In this document: in pieces, positions 25,847 to 33,400 of the stretch
How the letters are laid out: each line of letters opens with the position of its first letter
How positions within the stretch are numbered: the first letter of the stretch is position 1
Assembly: GCF_016432865.1 (NCBI RefSeq)
Contig: NC_067403.1
Coordinates: 200,942,001 to 201,006,000, forward strand
Direction: 5' to 3'
From: Antechinus flavipes
Taxonomy: Eukaryota
Length of the DNA: 64,000 bases
Made by a program: the position numbers and the translations under genes
Notes under the pieces: model-generated
The model's database searches: none
What the model saw: only the letters and a program-made list of their open reading frames with translations
Told to the model about the DNA's origin: nothing

Positions 25847-28800
25847 AAAAGGGGGCTGGGAGGAGGAATGGTCTGTAGGACACCTGAGGGTTTGGGAACA
25901 AGAGAATGGGAAAGACAGAATGTGTGTGCAGGGATGCATGGGAAGGAAAGATACTGCGAGGGAGGGAATAATGTTTCAATGGCTCTCATATGTATAGCAT
26001 GTATATTTGTGAGTATGTGTACATCTGTATTACATGTGTATGTATATGTGTGCATGGAAGGAAAGCCAAATGTAAAGAAAGGAATTTGAACACATGAATG
26101 TGAAAGGCACACAATTTCCCATATTTCGGTTCCGGCCCTCATTACCCAGAAGGCTCCCTGAATACAGGGCTTGGAAAATGATTTGAAGGTCTTCAGATTA
26201 CAGTTCTCTGTGAGGGAGGGGCTGTGAAAAAAGCACAGGGATGATAATAATGTTCACAAGGTGTAATGGGCTGAGGCTTGAATTGATGCACTGAGGTCCC
26301 AAGCACATGAGGCTAAATAGTAATTGGACCATACTCTATTAATACGTAAGCTTGGAGAAAGAATGGCCCCCGCCATTGTGCAAGTCCTGATGTGTTGTAT
26401 AGGAAATGACGATTTTGGTGGGTGGAGGCAGGGGAGTGGAAAAGGAAGGGGAGGAGATGGCTCAGTGGATAGAGCACCAGCCTTGAATTCAAGAGGACCT
26501 GAGTTCAAATCCAGCCTCAGACACTTAACAAACAGAAAAAGTTGTCGAAAGCAGCAAAAAGCAAAAAGAAGAGAAACAAATCAGCTAACAGCCAAATGTA
26601 ATGACCGCGTATTTAAAGTCAGCCGGAGTCAGGAATTCAGGTTAAGGGAAAAATCTTCAATATTTATTGAAGTGAAGAGGTGAATAAAGATTACGATAGC
26701 AATATGGGCAAGAAAGATTGCGATAGCAAATATAGGCAGTTGCGACAGGAAGCCAGCTAAGAGAGAGCGACGCGAGCCGAGCCAACAGTGGAGTCAACCG
26801 TGGAGGCAACCATGGCAATGGCCGTCCCAAAAGTCTCTCCTCCCCTTCCTTTTCCACTCCCCTGCCTCCACCCACCAAAATCGTCATTTCCTATACAACA
26901 CATCAGGACTTGCACAATGGCGGGGGCCATTCTTTCTCCAAGCTTACGTATTAATAGAGTATGGTCCAATTACTATTTAGCCTCATGTGCTTGGGACCTC
27001 AGTGCATCAACTCAAGCCTCAGCCCATTACAACAAGGACTGAGGATTTCCAAAAGTGCTTTAAAGATACACGTTAGCACATTTAATCAATCAAGAAACAA
27101 ACATAAAAAAGGACAGGACTAAACAGTAGGGGAGACACAGCAATGGCTATTTTTGGGTAGCTCTTGCCCTCATGACATTTAGCATCTTGTAAGGGATTAA
27201 GGCACAGACAGGTAGCTAAAATACAAAATGTTACATGGCAAGTGCACTAGAGCTGTAAAACCAAGTGACCTACGGCCGACGGGAAGCAGGGGAAGGGGAA
27301 GGTCTTACCAGGTGGCTCATCAGGAAGGTACCGAGCCAGGCTTTACCAGAGGGGCAGGAAAAGAGGGAAAGGTGAGCATGTGGCACAAACTTGAAGCAGA
27401 GCTGTCCAATTTGGTTTTGCAAGAAGGGACAACACAGCCAGAATGGAAAGAGAGACGAACACCAGGTTGTGATGGGCCTTGAATGCTACAGACAGAAGAG
27501 CTTGAATTTTTCATAAGCCCTACCTACATAGGGATCACGGTCACGTTTTGAACAGGTGGAAGGACACAGGGAAGTCATGTGAAGGCTGCAAAGAAGCTGG
27601 ACTAGAATGGTAAGAGAAGGAATGACCTTGGTAAAATGGGAGAAGATCTATTTAAAGAAAAGCTTATTAACGGAGACAGACAAACCCAGCAGGGTCAGAA
27701 GCAAGGACAGGTTTGGCAGCAAGATGAGGCTGATGGACAGAGTTTAGGAGGTCAGTGGGGTTGCTAAAATGTTCGTGCCAAAAGAAGTTTGGGATTGCAC
27801 AGAAGAATTGCACAGAATTCACTCTGAGATTGCATGAAAGGACTACACAAAATTCATGCTGGGATTGCAAGGAAGGGACTGCATGGAGTTCACCCTGGGA
27901 TTGCAAGGAAGGACTGCCCAGAATTCACCCTGGGATTGCAAGGAAGGACTACCCAGAATTCACCCTGGGATTGCAAGGAAGGACTGCATGGAGTTCACCC
28001 TGGGATTGCAAGAAGGACTGCACGGAATTCACCCTGGGAATGCACGGAAGGACTGCACGGAATTCACCCTGGGAATGCACGGAAGGACTGCACGGAATTT
28101 ACCCTGGGATTGCACGGAGTTCACCCGGGGGTTGCAAGGAAGGACTGCACGGAATTCACCCTGGGATTGCAAGGAAGGACTGCACGGAATTTACCCTGGG
28201 ATTGCAAGGAAGGATTGCACGGAGTTTACCCGGGGGTTGCACGGAAAGCCCGAGGAACTGTAACTGTAGGGCCCGGCAAATGCCCTTTTCAGAGCCCTCA
28301 TTTCCGGATGAATAAAACGGGGAGGGGAGAGTGGCAACTTCATGAGCAGGTGCGGGCGTAGGAGTTAAAGCACGAGAATTGGGAGAGTTAATGCGTATTT
28401 AACCCTGATTTCTTGACTTCCACTCAGAGGACCCCCTGGTACTCCCATCCCCGGGATAGGCGTTAGCTAACCCAGAACTCTGACAAGATCAGCAGAGACT
28501 CCACGTGCACAGAATAGCCGGCCGAACCGGAACGGCTCTCCGCCAATCAGGAGGCAGAAAAGGCCAATGGGCGGGGAGTGCTCTTGGCGCGCTAAGTCTT
28601 CCGGTCTGGCCGCACTACATGCCGGGAGTTGTAGTTTCTGCTTCTCCAGAGTCGGAACTCGGCAAGGCTATACCGAGCCAGGAAACCTTAGCGGCCTGAG
28701 AGAGCCAGCGAGCCCAAGAAGGAAGGGAGCTTAGAGGAAATCTCACAGCCCCAGGGAGCTGGCGGTGTTTCCTACCTGCTGCCGCCTGTTCCCGGATTCG

Positions 28801-28866
28801 GGTCACAAAAATGATAAGGGCAATAAGCAGTATCGCTGCCACTACGTAAAGGATCGGGTCCATCAT
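10760..28866 (-). CDS. DDRGK1: DDRGK domain-containing protein 1 (UFBP1), ER UFMylation adaptor, 304 aa
   Basis: Coding exons (-): 28776-28866, 23465-23638, 20464-20576, 20244-20345, 15171-15293, 14604-14642, 12338-12394, 11769-11817, 10760-10926. Total 915 nt, all GT-AG, phases consistent. Peptides: [22 protein letters not shown] (signal anchor), [103 protein letters not shown], then TAA at 10760-10762. Confidence 0.97.
11086..11557. other. Assembly gap (472 N) inside the last DDRGK1 intron; no coding exon appears to be missing
   Basis: Run of N; the flanking exons join in phase (TLTG|VIDDRGK). Confidence 1.
17820..19190 (+). mobile_element. Decayed L1 ORF2 C-terminal region and 3'UTR
   Basis: Residual ORF2-like peptide (VFDKPKD..., LYTKI); A-rich; AAGTGAGCAGAATCAAGAGAACAATTTATA near 18830. 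Confidence 0.75.
22075..22215 (+). mobile_element. MAR1-type SINE (CORE plus RTE tail)
   Basis: CTCAGTTCCCTGTCTGCAAAATAGG followed by ACTGGAGAAGGAAATCACAAACCACTCCAGTATTTTTGCCAAGAAAA. Confidence 0.7.
22440..22790 (+). mobile_element. L1 3'UTR fragment
   Basis: AACAGCAAGAATGTGGGATGATCAACT..GACTTGGTTCTTCTCAGT..AATGCCACCTGCATCCAGAAAAAGAAC; poly(A) near 22707-22720. Confidence 0.75.
25805..25844. repeat. (GT)20 microsatellite
   Basis: Direct reading. Confidence 0.95.
26262..26457 (+). mobile_element. Inverted copy of the first 196 nt of the same LTR
   Basis: Reverse complement of 26836-27031 with a single mismatch (26282 vs 27011). Confidence 0.9.
26458..26530 (+). mobile_element. 5' half of a tRNA-derived SINE (WSINE1-like)
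   Basis: A box TGGCTCAGTGG (26458-26468), GATAGAGCACCAGCC, B box GAGTTCAAATCC (26501-26512), ends CAGACACTTAACA. Confidence 0.8.
26597..27031 (-). mobile_element. Full-length ERV LTR (435 bp)
   Basis: Begins TGTAATG and ends CATTACA (7-bp terminal inverted repeat). Minus-strand AATAAA at 26663-26668 lies about 65 nt from the 3' end. Confidence 0.8.
27790..28250. repeat. 35-bp minisatellite, about 13 copies
   Basis: Unit GGGATTGCAAGGAAGGACTGCACGGAATTCACCCT; units start at 27897, 27932, 27967, 28002. Confidence 0.92.
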
Positions 28867-29060
28867 CCCGCCTCCTTCCCGGCAGCACCCAAGATAGGGG
28901 CGTAGACAACTAAGCCGAACCAGGGCTCCGCCCCTGCTCCCTGATAGGTCCTCCTCAGACAGTCCCTCATAGGTTACCAAACATTACCCACGTTACCGAA
29001 TGGAAGGAAAAACTTGCCTTTCACACAGACCCCGCCCACTAGGTCCCTGAGAGGCTCGCC
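28300..29060. promoter_or_regulatory. CpG island around DDRGK1 exon 1
   Basis: CpG-rich. CACGTG 28502-28507, CCAAT 28543 and 28564, GC box 28569-28576, ETS-like CTTCCGG 28598-28604, ACTACAACTCCC motif (reverse strand) 28624-28635, GC box near 28926-28934. Confidence 0.75.
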
Positions 29061-29179
29061 TAATGATTTCCTGGATAGGTTCTATCCCCTGAAAATTACT
29101 GTCCATCATGAGGTACAGGCTCCGCCCCCATGCTGATTAACTCTCTATCTCTTAGATTTAATCCGTAGCAGAACCTCTT

Positions 29180-29393
29180 TCTTTCTTCTTCTTTTTTTTT
29201 ATTATGGCTTTTTATTTACAAGTTATATGCAGGGGTAATTTTACAGCATTGACAATTGCCAAACCTTTTGTTCCAATTTTTCCCCTCCTTCCTCCCACCC
29301 CCTCTCCCCATGGCAGGTTAACCAATACATGTTAAATGTTAAAGTAGAAATTAAATACAATATTAGTGTACATGTCCAAACAGTTATTTTGCT
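29180..29393 (-). mobile_element. 5'-truncated L1 insertion with 10-bp TSD
   Basis: Poly(T)/TTC tail at the left; direct repeat AGAACCTCTT at 29170-29179 and 29394-29403. Confidence 0.8.
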
Positions 29394-29419
29394 AGAACCT
29401 CTTACTTTCTAAGGCCTTC

Positions 29420-29867
29420 TGTGAGGTTGCCCTCCTTCTTATCCCTCCGGCCCTGGGAACGAGAGGGGTCTCAGCTCCTGGTTTTAGCCAACCGTTCCAG
29501 GGGATCCCCTCGCTGCCTGATGTCTAACCTCACTGCTTCTTGCTGCAGGGCTTGTGACCCCTTCTGCTGTGCTGCGGGCTCCCTCCAAGGCAAAGGCTCC
29601 TTCCTCTGGGACCTCGGCTCTCTTGATAAGTCCGTATCTGACATTCTGCTAGCTTGGGATGGGGAGAGGCATTCTAATAGTCTAAAACATAAGCTCTTTT
29701 ATCCTTATCAAATATTCTGATAAAGAGGGAGGGGTGGTTTTGCAGGACTGAGCTTTGAGCTGACAATTATAAATTGAAGCAGAACAATTAGGGAAATTGA
29801 GTCAGGACTGGGTCAGGATAATTAGGGAAACTGAGTCAAGACAATAAAAGAGAACTGTGGCACAACA
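29420..29867 (+). mobile_element. Possible solo LTR between DDRGK1 and ITPA
   Basis: Starts TG, has TATAAA near 29768 and AATAAA near 29853, ends ACA. No target-site duplication found, so tentative. Confidence 0.3.
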
Positions 29868-30169
29868 TGTGGGCTGCATATTGACTTATAAAGCAACATA
29901 TTTATTTACTCTCTTCCAACTACTTATCTGTATAAAGTCAGATTTTCTTTGTATTTTGTTAGCCAAAATAATATATCCCAAGACACTGAATGCAGAAGCA
30001 GATTAATGGCAATCTACTTATCTTGTATTTAGCAAACATCAAAGAGATTTATAGAAAATATGTAAAACAATACTACTCATAATTTTTTGTTCTACAAGAT
30101 ATTTTTTCATTTTTAAAAATATCTGTGTTCATTAAATAATAATTTTAAATTTTAATGATTTAATTTCTA

Positions 30170-30275
30170 TTGTGACAAATATTGACATAACTTCCATAAA
30201 TAAAAGTTCTTTGGGCCCCTCAATACTTTTAAAGGGGTCTGAGACCAAAATGTTTGTGGCCAATGCTCTCTGTTG
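30170..30275. mobile_element. Partial copy of the same hAT family as 30775-30975
   Basis: Shares AAATAAAAGTTCTTTGGG..CCTCAATA..TTTTAAAGG..CTGAGACCAAAA.GTTTG with the right half of that MITE. Confidence 0.5.
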
Positions 30276-30559
30276 TCTGTGAATGTATGAGTCCATGAGA
30301 GAGGGAAAGGGAGTTGTTTTGACTCTTCATAAACTAACTGTAAATCTTTTGTTGTTGTTATTTTGCATTTTAAATAAATATGCCACATGTTCTATGTTGT
30401 TAGTCTGACTCATAACAAAGGAATTAAGGATGGTCCTCTACCTTTTTCACTGACTTACCATGAGCTATATAGAGTACTGAAAGTGTAAATTTAGTCTTTG
30501 ATTCTTAATGAAAGACTATTATTATATGGAGCTTAAATCTGCCTCTTTGCAATTTCTAT

Positions 30560-31100
30560 GGATTGCATAGAATTTATTTGTACCCTTTCAGGCCAAGCAA
30601 AAGGAATCTCTTTCCAATGACAGCCATTTACAAATCTGAAGACAGACTATGCAGTCCAATATCACCAAGTCCTTCAACCAATCTAATGACATCTGATTTG
30701 TCTTCCTCTGATTGCTCTCTAGCTTAACATTCTTCCTAAAACATAGCGTCCAGAATTGAAGCCATATTCTAAACCAGTGCTTCTCAAAGTATGGTTTAGA
30801 GAATCTTGGGATCTCTGAAACCCTTTTAGAGGGTCTACAAACTCAAAAATAGCTTTTGTTTCCAATATGGTAAATGTCTACAAAAATAACCCAGATAAAC
30901 AAAAACGCTTTGGAGAGATCCTCAATAATTTTTAATAGGATAAAGATACTGAAAACAAAAGTTTGAGAACCGCTGCTCTAAACTGACCTGGGCACTAGCA
31001 ATTTCTTCATTTTAGACTCCATACTTCTCTTGATGACATTTAAAATGGGATTCGGTTTTTTTGACTACCATGCTACTCATATTGAGCTGACCATCCACTT
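30560..31100 (-). mobile_element. CR1/L3 fragment interrupted by the 30775-30975 MITE
   Basis: CR1-type antisense sequence (TTCTTCCTAAAACATAGCGTCCAGAATTGAA..TATTCTA) resumes after the TSD. Confidence 0.5.
30775..30975. mobile_element. hAT-Charlie MITE (201 bp) inserted into a CR1/L3 fragment
   Basis: TIRs CAGTGCTTCTCAAA / TTTGAGAACCGCTG; 8-bp TSD TTCTAAAC / CTCTAAAC (7/8), Charlie-type NTCTARAN target. Confidence 0.8.
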
Positions 31101-31619
31101 TTTTTCCCCGAGGAATTTAGCTACCTCTTCCATTCACACATACGAAATTAATTCTCAGAGTAAGTTGTCAACAATTTGTTAAGCGCCTACAAAATATCAA
31201 CATCAGAAATAAAAAGGCAAAAATACTATCTGCCCTCACCAATGGGGGAGACAACATGAAAATAACTGTATAGGCAACATAAATACAGGATAAATTGGAA
31301 ATCAACTAGTATTTATTAAGCAGCTACTATGTAGCCAGCACTGTGCTAAGCACAGAAAAAGATAGTTCCTGCCTTCCAGTTTACAATCTAATGAAGGACA
31401 AAACACGTATACCCAGAGCAAGCTAGACAGAATAAATAAGAAATAAATAAAAGAGGAAAGATTGCGGAATTAAAAGAGAAAACCTCCCTAGGAGGAGCTG
31501 GAGCTTAGCTGGGATTTCAAGGAATCCAGAGATTAAGAGATAATTAACAGAGGTGGAAATAGCATTAATAAAAGGTAAGGGATTTTAGCCGGGGGAAGAA
31601 AGCAGCCAAGGAGGTCGAA

Positions 31620-33400
31620 ATGGAAAAGAAGGATCGCGTTCCGGGTGACGTCACGGGCGAGTTCACTCTCAGACACAAATCAAGGGCTTTTTATTCTGAA
31701 CCCGGGATTATGTCCCTTCCACGGGAGGTGAGGACAGACGAAACTTTGCTTTTTTTGTGACCAGACCAAGTTTGATCTTCTGTGCGGGAGGAGAAGCCAG
31801 GCGGCATCCTTGGAAGCAGCGGCAGCCGAGCTTAGTCGTGCAAAAAGTGGTTAGGGTAAAGAATAGGAAATACAACTTTTGACTCCAACTGGAAAACACA
31901 GTAGGGGCCTTCCGGTTGGTCACCACGTGAGCGGAAGAAGGGAACCTTTTAGCCCCGGTCCTCGGGCTTCACGGACGGCTGTGAACGTTTCTCATCTTTG
32001 TGATTGGTCCATCAGCACGTCCTTAATTTTCCGGTTACGAAAGAGAGGGGCTTGTGGAAGCAAATGATCATGATTGGGTCACGTTAGACACGCCCCCTAC
32101 CGTTGGACCCGCCTTTACCGCCTGCTTCCTTCCCATTGGTCCGAATAGTGCTACTCGCGGATTGGAGGAAGAGAACCCGGCTGAGTTGAAGAGCTGATGG
32201 CGGCGTCACTTGCGGGGAAGAAAGTTGTGTTCGTTACTGGAAATGCTAAGAAGCTAGAAGAGGTGATGGGCCCCGGGGAAAGGGAAAGGGGAAGCGGGAA
32301 CTCCATCTGCTCCATCGTTTTGAGTGACGTCAGAGTGCGGCTAGGTGGGGTCAGAGGCCTCAAGGGCCACGTGCGCATGCGGTCGTAAACGGGGAGGGTG
32401 GCCGCGCGAGGCAGCCGCCCCGCCCCTTTCCTCTTTGGCTCCGCCCTCTCCACGGGAGTCTCGCTCCCTACCTCGAACCGGTTCCGTGAACCGAACACCG
32501 AGCGAAGCCCAGCCCGATGTAGTGGCTCTGGTTTAAAAGAACGCCCTCCTTCTGATCCTGCCTCTGACATTTCCTGGCCTTGTGCCCGTGGGCAGGCCTC
32601 AGGTGCCTCCTCTGGGAAATGGACGCACTGGACTAAATGACGTCCTGTGACCCCAGCTGGGCGTGGATCAGTTACCTTTCCTTAACGCGCTCGCTGGGCG
32701 TGAGGTGCAGCTAGCCGGCCTGGGGGAGGGCCCTGGCCCGTGGCGGAGCGTAATCAGCTCCACGAGGGCGGAGAAAACCCTGCGTTTGAATTCTCCCTCT
32801 TTGGCGGCAGTCGCTCGGCTCTAGTTGGCCAGTGTTTGTTAGGCACCGAGCTAAACGCTGGGGGAAACCCTGCAAACAAGCGTGCCCTGAGCGGCGCGGG
32901 ATCGGTGAAAAGTTAATTAGGATTAATAAGAAATTAACTGGAACCAAAAGCGGGATCGGTGAGAAGTTAATTAGGGTTAGTAAGAAATTAACTGGAACCA
33001 AAAGCGGGATCGGTGAAAAGTTAATTAGGATTAATAAGAAATTAACTGGAACCAAAAGTTTGGGCGGATTTCCTGTAGAAAGCAGGATTTTATTTGGGAC
33101 TTGAAGCCGGAGCGTCTGTGGTCGGGCGGAGGAGGGACGGTCACTGGACTGAAGCCGGAGGAAGGGCTCTGAAACGAAGGCAGATTTCGAACAGTCTGTG
33201 TGTTAGCCGCCTTTCTGTTTCCGAACAAGTGCACACAGAATACGGGCGCCTGGGGAGAGGCAGGCCCGGAGAGGCGGAAGAAGTGGGGGGTTTCTCTGGA
33301 AGGAGTAACCGAGAAGCTCGGTGCGGGGGAGGAGCGGATGGCCATCCTGGTGAGGGAGGCCGGTAGCGGGCGCAGACTGAGCTGAAGGGGAGCCCTGTGT
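31620..33400 (+). promoter_or_regulatory. ITPA CpG island promoter
   Basis: Four inverted CCAAT boxes (ATTGG at 32003, 32073, 32135, 32161) before the ATG at 32197; CRE TGACGTCA at 31646-31653 and 32325-32332; CACGTG 31924-31929; NRF1-like TGCGCATGCG 32372-32381. Confidence 0.8.

Noticed and set aside
26458-26530. Possible tRNA gene
   Set aside because: Has A and B boxes but no acceptor stem or cloverleaf; continues as SINE sequence.
26577-26594. Possible primer-binding site (TGGCTGTTAGCTGATTTG, minus) after the LTR
   Set aside because: Starts with TGG but does not match any tRNA 3' end I can recall; a tRNA 3'-end search would settle it.
26324-26969. Two ORFs with identical N-termini ([11 protein letters not shown]...) on opposite strands
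   Set aside because: By-product of the 196-bp inverted LTR arms, not genes.
27755-28361. Three overlapping repetitive ORFs, and a CRISPR-like 35-bp periodicity
   Set aside because: Contiguous tandem minisatellite without unique spacers; a 35-nt unit cycles through frames; eukaryotic intron with no cas genes.
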